Positions 8,230 through 17,544 of a DNA stretch of 64,000 bases are shown piece after piece; position 1 is the first letter of the stretch, and each line of letters begins with the position of its first letter. The position numbers and the translations under genes are program-made. Source of the stretch: an uncultured Mycoplasmatota bacterium (GTDB lineage Bacteria; Bacillota_I; Bacilli_A; RF39; UBA660); the NCBI GenBank assembly GCA_900554315.1, contig USGP01000001.1, positions 36,902 through 100,901 on the forward strand, given 5' to 3'. Under the pieces are notes generated by a model. The model saw only the letters and a list, made by a program, of their open reading frames with translations. It was not told the origin of the DNA and searched no databases.

Positions 8230-10266
8230 TTATTCAGTTGGAACAGACTGTCCAGTATTATCATCAGTTGGTGGTGTAGGTTCAATAGTAGGATCTTTTG
8301 GAGGATCAGTGGAAGGAGTTTTATCATCATCTGGAGGGGTAACGTCAGGTTCCTCATCCTTAGGAACAGTTGCTTCTGTATCGTTGTTTTCTGTTGGTTG
8401 CTGTTCTTCTTCCTCTTCCTCTTCCTCATCTTTAGTATTACCACCAAGAGTTAATGTCACACTTCCACGAATTTTGTCGATTCTTTTGCCGGCAGGATAC
8501 TCTTGATCAATAACATATCCATCTCCACCAACAAAAGTAACTGAAATACCTAAACGTCTAGCCGTTGCTCTAGCTTGTTCTTGACTATCACCAGTAAAGT
8601 CAGGAAGTAGAGCATAAGTATCAGTTGCTTTATAAGGACCATAACCAATAACTTCTTTTTCATATGGTTCATTAATTGAGAAGCTAAATTTCTTAATAGG
8701 TTTATGATCAGCAAGTTCAAGGTTCTCTTTCATGGCACGAATAATATCTTTTTTGCTTTGTTCATTAGGAACATAATTATATAATACCATTCTCATTCTC
8801 TCATCATAAATCATTTCACCAGTACCTTGTAAATATAATTGTTGAATATTAATAATATTAGAATCATCAGCAGAAGCACTACGTTTTAAAATATCTTTTA
8901 ATATATTATAGAATGATAAAATTTGTTTTGTTGTAAGGTTAGTATCTAAACTATTAGAAACAGTATTTAAAATATCCATAAAACTAGACACTTTCGTAAT
9001 GCCTTTCATTTTATCAAGTAAAGCCATAACAATTTCTTGTTGATGTTGGCCACGTCCAAAATCACCATTTGCAAGTTGTTTTCTATTTCTTGCATATACC
9101 AAAGCTTGTTCACCATTTAATGTCTGTGGTCCAGGGTTAATACATACTTCTCCACCACGAGAAGAATCATCAGTACATAATGTTTGACTTGCGTCTACAT
9201 TAACATCGACACCACCAACTGCATCAACTAATTTAACTAAACCTTTAAAGTTGATTTTTGCGTAGTAATCAATATTGATACCAAAATATTCTTCAATAGT
9301 ATTCATCATACAATCTGTTCCGTATCCTGCAGCATGAGTAATTTTATTTTCAGCTTTATCACTCCAACAAGCAATAGGAACATAACTATCTCTAGGAATA
9401 GAAAGCATAGTAGCATTTAAAGTTTTAGGATTAAATGTAATTAAAATTAATGTATCACCATTCGCAATCGCATTTTTTTCCAATACTTCGTCAGTAGAAT
9501 CAATTCCCATTAATAAAATAGTAAAAGGTTCCTCCAATGACTTACCACTAGAAGCTAATTCTTGATCAGAAGTATCAGCTTTCTTCATTTTTTTATCTTT
9601 AGAAAGAATAATTCTTGTATCTGTTTTAACATCCTCATAACCAGTGATACCAGAAAACATATCTACATAGTTATCAGTAATAAATATGGCATCTACTTCA
9701 CCAGCATATAAATCTACTAGCATAGTAGAGTAATCATCATATTTCTTTAATTCATTATCATCATCTAAATTATTCTCCTTAATTATTTCTTGTGGAATAA
9801 TATATCCATCAGGAGAATCTTTATCCTTTAAAATACCAATTGTATAATCTTTAACATCATCGACATCTTTTGCAGCATTGTCACTCATTACTACTAAATC
9901 AGAAGTATAAGTAACATATCCTTTATTAATATTATCAAGTCTACCATATACATAAGCAATAACTAAACCTACTGCAAAGCAAACTAGAGAATATATAATC
10001 ATAAAACTAATAAGTCCAATACGTTTCTTATGCTTCTTCTTTCTCTTTTTAGAAGCAACTCGAACTTTTATATATAAAACTACATCAATTAGAATTAAAA
10101 TTCCTATAATGATGTATCGAATTACAGTTTCAATCGAGCTAAGTAAAAATATCTCATAAATAGCAAAAGCACTTGTCAGTACTGCTATCACTAAGAATAT
10201 AGATAATATAATTTTTAATTTAGGTTTCTTTTCCATTGTTTCGTTTTCTGTATCTCTTTTTGCCAT
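8230..10266 (-). CDS. LytR-CpsA-Psr (LCP) family glycopolymer transferase with C-terminal PASTA domain and acidic Pro-rich tail
   Basis: 678 aa with N-terminal TMs. LCP motifs: FTILLMGIDS, DTLILITFNP...LSIPRDSYV, INIDYYAKINFKGLVKLVDAVGGVDV. PASTA-like segment LLPDFTGDSQEQARATARRLGISVTFVGG...VTLTLGG. Tail EEEEEEEEQQPTE...PPTDD. Confidence 0.85.
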   Translation of the reverse strand: MAKRDTENETMEKKPKLKIILSIFLVIAVLTSAFAIYEIFLLSSIETVIRYIIIGILILIDVVLYIKVRVASKKRKKKHKKRIGLISFMIIYSLVCFAVGLVIAYVYGRLDNINKGYVTYTSDLVVMSDNAAKDVDDVKDYTIGILKDKDSPDGYIIPQEIIKENNLDDDNELKKYDDYSTMLVDLYAGEVDAIFITDNYVDMFSGITGYEDVKTDTRIILSKDKKMKKADTSDQELASSGKSLEEPFTILLMGIDSTDEVLEKNAIANGDTLILITFNPKTLNATMLSIPRDSYVPIACWSDKAENKITHAAGYGTDCMMNTIEEYFGINIDYYAKINFKGLVKLVDAVGGVDVNVDASQTLCTDDSSRGGEVCINPGPQTLNGEQALVYARNRKQLANGDFGRGQHQQEIVMALLDKMKGITKVSSFMDILNTVSNSLDTNLTTKQILSFYNILKDILKRSASADDSNIINIQQLYLQGTGEMIYDERMRMVLYNYVPNEQSKKDIIRAMKENLELADHKPIKKFSFSINEPYEKEVIGYGPYKATDTYALLPDFTGDSQEQARATARRLGISVTFVGGDGYVIDQEYPAGKRIDKIRGSVTLTLGGNTKDEEEEEEEEQQPTENNDTEATVPKDEEPDVTPPDDDKTPSTDPPKDPTIEPTPPTDDNTGQSVPTE

Positions 10267-10469
10267 AATTACCTCCGAATAAATCTTATCATCTAGCTTT
10301 TATTATTATATCTAAAAAAGCAAACTTTATCAACCCATACCAAAGAATTATAGAAGAAAAAAATAAGATTGTAAAAAAGTGTAAAAAATGTAGAAAAAGC
10401 AAAAAAAGCAAAAGAGTGCAGTCTTAGATATTGTATAATATAATTGATAGACTATAAGGAGGGGATGAT

Positions 10470-13400
10470 ATGAAAAAGCTTTGGTTATTAACCAGTATAT
10501 TAATTGGTTGTTTTTTATTCTATCCAAAAGATACTTTAGCATTCTCTTCTAGTAATTATCAATATAAAAGTCTATGTGGAAATTATGAAGTAGCAGGTAT
10601 GCATTCAGATGGTGAAATTGATCCAGTTGCTTGCCTAAATACATTTGAAGAAGCACAAGCATGGATGAAAAATAATGGTGCTGATGATTTAGTAGTATTT
10701 GGAAAAGTGTCAGGAAAAACTAAGATATTAGATGCTAATGTTGCTTTAGTAGATTTAAGTGTAAATCCTGAAACGTTAACTTACTTTTATACAGATAAAG
10801 AAAAAACTTCATCTTATACTTATATGGATACCGGTTCTCTTTATGGAGGGGTAGATGGAGCTTTAATTGATGCAAGCTATTCGAATGCTCATGGTAGATT
10901 TATGATAAAAGTAAAGATTGGAAATTTTACTGGATGGATATTGGATAGTACTTATGAAATAGTTCCAATTACCTGGGTAAAATCATCAAGTAGTTATACT
11001 GTAACAAACGAAGATATTAAACACAATTATGTAAATAAAATTCAAGAAACGTATAATGGCAGTCGTGGTAGTGTAATAGGACCAAAACCAGATATGCTAT
11101 CTCCAGGAACTTATTACAGTTACGATGGAAAATACTTTTATAAAGATAGAAAAACCATGATTAAAGATTATAAAAATGGTAATTACAATAATGCAGTCAA
11201 CAAAAATAATGAATATTATAACTATTATATGTATTTGTCTAACCACACAAGAACAAGTTATTCTAGTCAAAATATAGACGAATATATTAGAAACAATATG
11301 GGAATTAGTATGGATGCTTATGGGAATAAAGCAGAAAGTGGAGCATCTAGATTATATGGAAAAGGAATCTTCTATTACTATGCCCAAGAAAAATATGGAG
11401 TAAACGCCTTATTATCATTAAGTTTAAGTAGAAATGAAAGTGGTAATGGAACTAGTAATTTAGCAGTTAATAAAAATAACGGATTTGGTCTAAATGCTGT
11501 AGACAGTAATCCTTATGGATCAGCAAGCCAATATGTAACATATGCTCATAGTATTTTAGGATATGCATCAGACTGGATTACTTATGGATATGCCCATCCA
11601 AGAGATTGGAGATATTTTGGTCCACAATTTGGTGATAAATGGATAGGTATGAATGTAAAATATGCATCAGATACTTATTGGTCAGAAAAAATGGCTTCTC
11701 ACTATTATGCTTTTGATAAAGCCAAAGGTTTACAAGATTATAACTATTATCAATTGGGTGTAATGACAAAAGGAGCAGTATGGGCAAGAAGCAATGCCAA
11801 AAATTCAGCAAAAGGAGTATACCAATATCCAGAAGCTGAAGATGGAGTTGTAATTGTTGGAGAAAAACAAGGTGACAGTGTAGAAGGAAATACAACATGG
11901 TATGAAGTAGTCAGTGATTTAAATATTGACAATAATTATAATGAAATTACATCTGGAGATTATAACTGGAATAAAACAGTATATGTTCCGGCTGCCTATG
12001 TAAAAAAGATTAATAAAGGAAAGAATGGATATATTTCACCAAATAATGTAACACAGTATCAAGATAGAGATTATGAATATGACTTATATGCAGAAGGTAC
12101 CAGTTATAAACCAAGAGTTGGAAAAAGTACCAAAGATACAGATTTCTATTATGATTCTTCATTAACTGCCAAAAAGAATCAAAAGTTAGTAAACAATCGT
12201 TATGTTATGGTATATGCTGCAGCTAAAAATAAAGATGGAGTTGTAACATCTTATTTAGTTACATCTGATTATAAATATGACCAAAAACACTGGGTATCAG
12301 CAGACAGCATTAATTTAGTAACAAGTGATTATGGTAAATTTTCAGTTACCGCCAGTGGTAACCAATACACCTGGGTAAATAGCGTACCAGAAGATACCAA
12401 AGCAACCCTAATTAGTGGTCATTATACGAACTCTTATGCACCAATATTAGAAGAAAAAACAGTAAATGGACAAAAATGGTATAAAGTACCAGTCGATATC
12501 AGTGGAAATACTAATGAATTTGGTTGGACACTAGCATCTGCACCAAACGTTTATGTAGAAAAAATGAATATTAAAGCAGATAATACTGCACCAGTAATCA
12601 TTGCTAGTGATAAACAGATTGTACAAGGTACAAAATTTGATTATAAAAAAGATGTAACTGCAACAGATACAGAAGATGGTAATTTAACAAATAAAATTGT
12701 AGTAGAAAAAGAAACAGTAGATATAGATAAAGTTGGAGAATATCAAGTAACCTATAAAGTAACGGACAATAATAACGTAACTACAACGAAAACAATTACA
12801 GTAACCGTTACAGAAAATAAAAAACCAGTAATTAATGCCGAAGATAAAGAAGTAATACAATACCGTGAACTAGATGAATTAAAAGATGTAACAGCAACGG
12901 ATGAAGAAGATGGAGAAATCAAGGTAAAAGTAAAAGAATCAACTGTTAAATTAGAGGAACCTGGCATATATGAAATTACTTATGAAGCTACGGATACCTA
13001 TAATCAAACTACTACAGAAACGATTAAAGTAACAGTAATAAAAGATGAAGCTCCAGTAATTGATGCCGAAGATAAGACAATAACACAGGGAACAAAATTT
13101 GACCCTCTTGAAGATGTAACTGCAACAGATAAAGAAGAAGGGGAAATCAAAAAGATTGAAGTTGTCAAAAATGAAGTAAAAGAAAATAAAACTGGTAAAT
13201 ATGAAGTTACTTATAAAGTAGTAGATAGTTATAAAAATGAAACAACAAAAACAATTACCGTAACAGTTGTAGAAAATCAAAAACCAGTAATCAATGTCGA
13301 AGACAAAACAATTTATTTAAATGAAAAATTTGATCCATTAGATGGAGTAACAGCAGAAGACCCAGAGGATGGAAAGATAAAGGATATTGAAGTAACAACG

Positions 13401-14450
13401 AATGAAGTAAATACTGAAGAGGTTGGAACTTATAAAGTGGTTTATAAAGTAGAAGATTCTTACGGAAATGTTGTTGAAAAAGAAATCACAGTAACAGTAA
13501 AAGAAAAGAAATTAGAAGAAAAAGATGGAACATTTTATTTTCATTATTTAAAAGAGTCCAATAATAAGTTATTAATGCAAGGATATCAAACGATAACAGG
13601 AATTGATAATAATCTAGATACAGAAATAAATTATAAAGTAATCCTTGAAAATATAGATACTGGAGAGACAACAGAAGTACCTGCAACAAGAATCATCAAA
13701 AAGGAAGATATTCCTAAAGCTGTTTATAGTCCTGATGGAAAAGATTATACATATTCTTGGTTTAATGCAGAAATAAACATAAACAATATTGAAAATGGAA
13801 ATTACAAAATGTATATGGAAGCATCAACGAATGAATATTATTCTAAATCAGTTATAAATAATAAAACATATAATGAGCAGGCTACAAAAGTAGAAGGAAA
13901 TAAACATTCTGCAATTATAAGCAATAATTTTAGTAGTCAGACAAGTTTTGTAGAATTAAAGGTTAGAGATGAATTACTAGCAAATAAAAATAGCTCATAT
14001 ATTTACAACCAATATGATAAATATATAGAGTTTAATTTTACAGAAGATAATAAACTACATTTAAGAGGAAATAGTTATTCTTACGGAGCTGATTTATCTA
14101 AAAATCAAAAAGTTACAAGAAAGATTCTGTTTGAAAATGTTGATAATTATAAATTATATACTAAGAATTTAGGAACTATTACAGATGGAAATTATACTGT
14201 GGTATTACCAGTAAATGATAACTTAGATAAATCACAAGCCTGGTATGATAATGACATTGATATGTCTGATATTGAAAAAGGTAGATATGTAATTTATATT
14301 ACAACTACATCTAATATAACAGATATAGCTGAAATGACAGAAAAATTAGGCAGAAGCTTAGAAAATGTAAAAACTACAATAAATGGTAAGAACTATCATT
14401 TTACAATTAACAAAACCCGTGGAAACAGAATAGAGATGATAGTGGAATAA
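10470..14450 (+). CDS. secreted multidomain peptidoglycan hydrolase (GH73 N-acetylglucosaminidase + SH3b-like segments + 4 Ig-like repeats + duplicated C-terminal module)
   Basis: 1326 aa with a signal peptide (MKKLWLLTSILIGCFLFYPKDTLA). GH73 motif YGVNALLSLSLSRNESGNGTSNLAVNKNNGFGLNAVD. Four repeats of about 77 aa of the xPVIxAEDK...DVTATDxEDG...Y.VTYKV.D type. Confidence 0.85.
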   Translation: MKKLWLLTSILIGCFLFYPKDTLAFSSSNYQYKSLCGNYEVAGMHSDGEIDPVACLNTFEEAQAWMKNNGADDLVVFGKVSGKTKILDANVALVDLSVNPETLTYFYTDKEKTSSYTYMDTGSLYGGVDGALIDASYSNAHGRFMIKVKIGNFTGWILDSTYEIVPITWVKSSSSYTVTNEDIKHNYVNKIQETYNGSRGSVIGPKPDMLSPGTYYSYDGKYFYKDRKTMIKDYKNGNYNNAVNKNNEYYNYYMYLSNHTRTSYSSQNIDEYIRNNMGISMDAYGNKAESGASRLYGKGIFYYYAQEKYGVNALLSLSLSRNESGNGTSNLAVNKNNGFGLNAVDSNPYGSASQYVTYAHSILGYASDWITYGYAHPRDWRYFGPQFGDKWIGMNVKYASDTYWSEKMASHYYAFDKAKGLQDYNYYQLGVMTKGAVWARSNAKNSAKGVYQYPEAEDGVVIVGEKQGDSVEGNTTWYEVVSDLNIDNNYNEITSGDYNWNKTVYVPAAYVKKINKGKNGYISPNNVTQYQDRDYEYDLYAEGTSYKPRVGKSTKDTDFYYDSSLTAKKNQKLVNNRYVMVYAAAKNKDGVVTSYLVTSDYKYDQKHWVSADSINLVTSDYGKFSVTASGNQYTWVNSVPEDTKATLISGHYTNSYAPILEEKTVNGQKWYKVPVDISGNTNEFGWTLASAPNVYVEKMNIKADNTAPVIIASDKQIVQGTKFDYKKDVTATDTEDGNLTNKIVVEKETVDIDKVGEYQVTYKVTDNNNVTTTKTITVTVTENKKPVINAEDKEVIQYRELDELKDVTATDEEDGEIKVKVKESTVKLEEPGIYEITYEATDTYNQTTTETIKVTVIKDEAPVIDAEDKTITQGTKFDPLEDVTATDKEEGEIKKIEVVKNEVKENKTGKYEVTYKVVDSYKNETTKTITVTVVENQKPVINVEDKTIYLNEKFDPLDGVTAEDPEDGKIKDIEVTTNEVNTEEVGTYKVVYKVEDSYGNVVEKEITVTVKEKKLEEKDGTFYFHYLKESNNKLLMQGYQTITGIDNNLDTEINYKVILENIDTGETTEVPATRIIKKEDIPKAVYSPDGKDYTYSWFNAEININNIENGNYKMYMEASTNEYYSKSVINNKTYNEQATKVEGNKHSAIISNNFSSQTSFVELKVRDELLANKNSSYIYNQYDKYIEFNFTEDNKLHLRGNSYSYGADLSKNQKVTRKILFENVDNYKLYTKNLGTITDGNYTVVLPVNDNLDKSQAWYDNDIDMSDIEKGRYVIYITTTSNITDIAEMTEKLGRSLENVKTTINGKNYHFTINKTRGNRIEMIVE
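12588..13511 (+). repeat. 4 tandem ~231-nt coding repeats (Ig-like / DUF5011-type domains) inside the autolysin gene
   Basis: Protein repeats start at APVIIASDKQ, PVINAEDKEV, PVIDAEDKTI and PVINVEDKTI. Each ends in TITVTV-like strands. They are divergent at DNA level. Confidence 0.8.
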
Positions 14451-14478
14451 AAAGTCAGATAAAATTCTGACTTTTTTT
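14451..14478 (+). terminator. intrinsic terminator
   Basis: AAAGTCAGA-TAAAAT-TCTGACTTT hairpin followed by a T-run directly after the stop codon. Confidence 0.75.
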
Positions 14479-14583
14479 ATGGAACAAACCTCTTTTTTTC
14501 GTATATAAAAAAATAAATACTAAGAAAGAGGTGTAAGCATTAAAACCATATACGTACAAAAAGTTTATATTAAAGTAGTAAAA

Positions 14584-15369
14584 ATGAATAATAAAGAGTA
14601 TATATCCTTAACGGATATTGCTAAAAAAGTAAATAGCACATCTCCAGCAGATATAATAAAAAATTGGTTAAGAAACAAAAATACAATATCTTTTTTAGGA
14701 CTATGGGAAAAGTTGCATAACCCTAATTTTAACCTAGTCGAATTCGACCAGATTAAAAATTTAGCAGGCTACCATTATTTTACCTTGTCCCCTAAAAAAT
14801 GGATAACAGCAGTCAATGCCATAGGAATGCTATCCAAATCTGGAAAGTATGATGGTGGAACCTATGCAATAAGTGATATAGCTTTTGAGTTTGCTAGTTG
14901 GATTAGTCCTGAGTTTAAATTATATTTAATAAAAGAGTTTGAAAGGTTAAAAAAGCAGGAATCTCAAAAGGAAATGATAACATGGGAATCTACACGTATC
15001 TTAGCAAAAATTAATTATGTTATTCATACAGATGCGATTAAAAACAACTTAATTCCAGAACTGACTTTTCAGCAACAAAACACAGTCTATAAGAATGAAG
15101 CGGATATTTTGAATGTTGCTGTATTTGGAATGACAGCTAGTGAATGGGAAAAGAGATATCCAGAGAAAGCCAAAAAGGGGAATATAAGAGATTATGCAAG
15201 TTTAATAGAATTAATAATATTAAGTAATTTAGAAGCAATGAACAGTTTATTAATAGAAAAAAATATTGTTGCTTCAAAACGCTTAGTTTTATTAAATAAA
15301 GCAGCAAAAAATCAGATGAATATACTAACAAAAGAAAAGCAAAAAAGATTAGAAGAGCAAAAAAAATAA
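14584..15369 (+). CDS. KilA-N domain DNA-binding protein (phage/mobile-element-associated family), orphan
   Basis: 261 aa. ISLTDIAKKVN...IKNWLRNKNTISFLGLWEKLHNPNF...GGTYAISDIAFEFASWISPEFKLYLIKEFERLK fits the KilA-N/Bro-N-like fold. Monocistronic between two terminators. Confidence 0.7.
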   Translation: MNNKEYISLTDIAKKVNSTSPADIIKNWLRNKNTISFLGLWEKLHNPNFNLVEFDQIKNLAGYHYFTLSPKKWITAVNAIGMLSKSGKYDGGTYAISDIAFEFASWISPEFKLYLIKEFERLKKQESQKEMITWESTRILAKINYVIHTDAIKNNLIPELTFQQQNTVYKNEADILNVAVFGMTASEWEKRYPEKAKKGNIRDYASLIELIILSNLEAMNSLLIEKNIVASKRLVLLNKAAKNQMNILTKEKQKRLEEQKK

Positions 15370-15390
15370 GCAAGATTACTTGCTTATTTT
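15368..15390. terminator. bidirectional intrinsic terminator
   Basis: AAGCAAG-ATTA-CTTGCTT hairpin flanked by an A-run (15361-15366) and ATTTT. It serves the convergent genes. Confidence 0.65.
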
Positions 15391-17412
15391 CTATTTAACA
15401 ATTGTAATGGTTATAGTATCACAAAAGTTTTTCCATTGTCCATCTACTGCATCACACACAGAACCAGAAGTAGTATCTCCGTTAGGACAAGAACTGACAA
15501 AATTAAAACTAAATTTATGATTAGGATTTAACTGAGAAATCATACTCTTTGTTTGAGAACCAGTATTTCCAGCTTGTATATTCAAGGCTGCACCTTTCGA
15601 TTTATCACAAGATGGTTTTTCGGGTACAGGATCGGGTTCTGGTTCTGGTGCTACTTCAGGTTTAGAAGTGTTATTAGAACTTCCAGAATTATGATTAGAA
15701 GAACTACTATTATTTGTTTTTTTATCATTTTCTTCACGAGCTTCTACTTTTTTACCGTTACTTATAGTAACAGTAATAGTAGTTCCATCACTAACTTTAC
15801 TACCAGCACTAATAGATTGTTTAATTACTGTATTCTTTGATTTATTACTATTTTGAGTAACAAAGTTATAATTCAATCCAACTTTTTCTAAGACCTCAAT
15901 TGCTTCTTTCTTTGTCATCCCAATCAAATCAGGAACTTTTCTTTCTTTTCCATCAGAAATAGTAACTATAATACTATCTCCATTTTTAATAGTTTCACCT
16001 TTTTTATAAGAATAAGAAATAACTTCACCTTGAGGAACATCTTCACTAAACTCATGTTTTTCTTCATAAGGAATATTATACTTATTAGCCCATTCTCTAA
16101 ACTCATCAAAACTATCAAAATCTTTCATAACTAAACTACCTTTAGATATTGTAATCTTAATAGTAGTACCTTGTTCAATTTTCTTACCTTTATCATAATT
16201 AACATCAATAACTTCATTTTCATCTACACTGTCATCATATTCATAAGAAAACTCTAATTTTAATTTGTTTTCAACAATCCAATTTGTAATTTCTACCATA
16301 CTCATTTTCTTTAGATTAGGTACTTTAATACTTTTACCTTTACTAATAGAAAGTACAACTTTTTCATCATCATTATTAACTTTTGCCATAGCTCCAGCTT
16401 TTACACTCTGATTAGCAACATTACCACGTTCAATCTTTTTAGAAAATACTTTCTTTGTCTCATATTTAATACGATGTTGTTTTAACCAAAATGTTGCTTC
16501 AAATTCACTCATATCAGTTAAATCAACCATTTTGACATCATCATCACTAACTTCTTCTCCCAAGGAGAAAGTTAGTTTTAATTCATCGCTTCGTCTCATC
16601 GTACCTGATTTGCTTTGATCCATAACAGTATATTGAGCATGATCAGATTCTTCAAATTCTATTTCTACGTTATTTAAATAATTATCTTCTACATATTGAA
16701 TAACTCTATCGCTATCCCATCCATCCATATCAGGAACGATAATCTCTTTATCTGGATTAGGACCTTCACTAATAGAAACTGTCAACTCATTAACATCTTT
16801 AATTTTTTTACCAGCATCTATATTTTGAGAAATGACAGAGTATTCTGGAACCATATCACTATATTCATAATCTTGATTTAAAGTCACTTTATTTTTTTCC
16901 GCCCAACGAACCACATCTGTCAAACTTTTACCAGTAAAGTCAGCAACTTGTCCAATTGCAGGAACGTGAATAATACCTAATGTAGTAAGTCCACCAAATA
17001 AATTAAATAAAAGTAAGAAAAAACTTCCTAAAAAAATAGTACCTTTTTTTCTACTAGGACTAGTAACACATATCGCAATAAATAAAATAGAAAAGACCAC
17101 TAAAAGTAAACTACTAACTAATAATCCAAAAAAATTACTACTATTTTGACCATTCCATAAAGTAATACCAAAATAAGCTAAACTACTAAGAAGAGTTAAG
17201 AACAAAAAGAAATTTACAATAGGATGTCTTTTTACCTTACGAGGTTTTTCTTTTGTCAACTCTCTAGAAGAGAAGTCTTTAGGAATCTCTCTACTAATAG
17301 TATCTTCTACTTTTCTTTTTTTCTCAAAATTTTGATTCTTATTTTGATTATAATTACGACTGTGATAATTATTTTTATTATAATGATTAGAAGATTTCTT
17401 CTTCTGACTCAT
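15391..17412 (-). CDS. membrane protein with six tandem extracellular PASTA domains and a Cys-containing C-terminal domain; no kinase or transpeptidase domain
   Basis: 673 aa. About 65 aa of basic Asn/Lys-rich cytoplasmic N-terminus, about 3 TMs, then six units of about 66 aa ending in ...V(S/T)ISxG (the last is VPDLIGMTKKEAIEVLEKVGLNYNF...ITVTISNG). A Ser/Asn/Pro linker leads to a 4-Cys terminal domain. Confidence 0.85.
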   Translation of the reverse strand: MSQKKKSSNHYNKNNYHSRNYNQNKNQNFEKKRKVEDTISREIPKDFSSRELTKEKPRKVKRHPIVNFFLFLTLLSSLAYFGITLWNGQNSSNFFGLLVSSLLLVVFSILFIAICVTSPSRKKGTIFLGSFFLLLFNLFGGLTTLGIIHVPAIGQVADFTGKSLTDVVRWAEKNKVTLNQDYEYSDMVPEYSVISQNIDAGKKIKDVNELTVSISEGPNPDKEIIVPDMDGWDSDRVIQYVEDNYLNNVEIEFEESDHAQYTVMDQSKSGTMRRSDELKLTFSLGEEVSDDDVKMVDLTDMSEFEATFWLKQHRIKYETKKVFSKKIERGNVANQSVKAGAMAKVNNDDEKVVLSISKGKSIKVPNLKKMSMVEITNWIVENKLKLEFSYEYDDSVDENEVIDVNYDKGKKIEQGTTIKITISKGSLVMKDFDSFDEFREWANKYNIPYEEKHEFSEDVPQGEVISYSYKKGETIKNGDSIIVTISDGKERKVPDLIGMTKKEAIEVLEKVGLNYNFVTQNSNKSKNTVIKQSISAGSKVSDGTTITVTISNGKKVEAREENDKKTNNSSSSNHNSGSSNNTSKPEVAPEPEPDPVPEKPSCDKSKGAALNIQAGNTGSQTKSMISQLNPNHKFSFNFVSSCPNGDTTSGSVCDAVDGQWKNFCDTITITIVK
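15754..16950 (-). repeat. array of six PASTA-domain coding repeats
   Basis: Residues ~155-553 of the 673-aa protein, with periodicity of about 66 aa. Boundaries are read from the recurrent ...ISxG / xVPD motifs. Confidence 0.75.
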
Positions 17413-17544
17413 ATTACCACCTCATTATCTTTATATATACATTATATAATAAGGCCCAAAAAATAGAAATATTTTACGAATATTAGACTGTAAAGTATAC
17501 AAAAAAATAAAGGTATGCTAAAATAAAATGGGAAAGGTGAAAAT

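Noticed and set aside
8404-8428. (TTC/CTC)n simple repeat that looked like a possible microsatellite or array.
   Set aside because: It encodes the poly-Glu run of the LCP tail, in frame. It is too short and lacks spacers, so it is neither a CRISPR array nor a regulatory repeat. It is mentioned under the LCP finding only.
8191-8506. Plus-strand ORFs 8191-8454 and 8309-8506, and minus ORF 8208-8447, overlapping the LCP gene tail.
   Set aside because: They are frame shadows of the Glu/Pro/Asp-rich C-terminal tail of the LCP protein, produced by repetitive codons. The upstream part overlaps the two terminator hairpins.
11578-13689. Several minus-strand ORFs (11578-11898, 11750-11932, 12752-12967, 12951-13280, 13486-13689) inside the autolysin gene.
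   Set aside because: They are antisense to a 1326-aa ORF that has a clear signal peptide and GH73 motifs. Their products are low-complexity.
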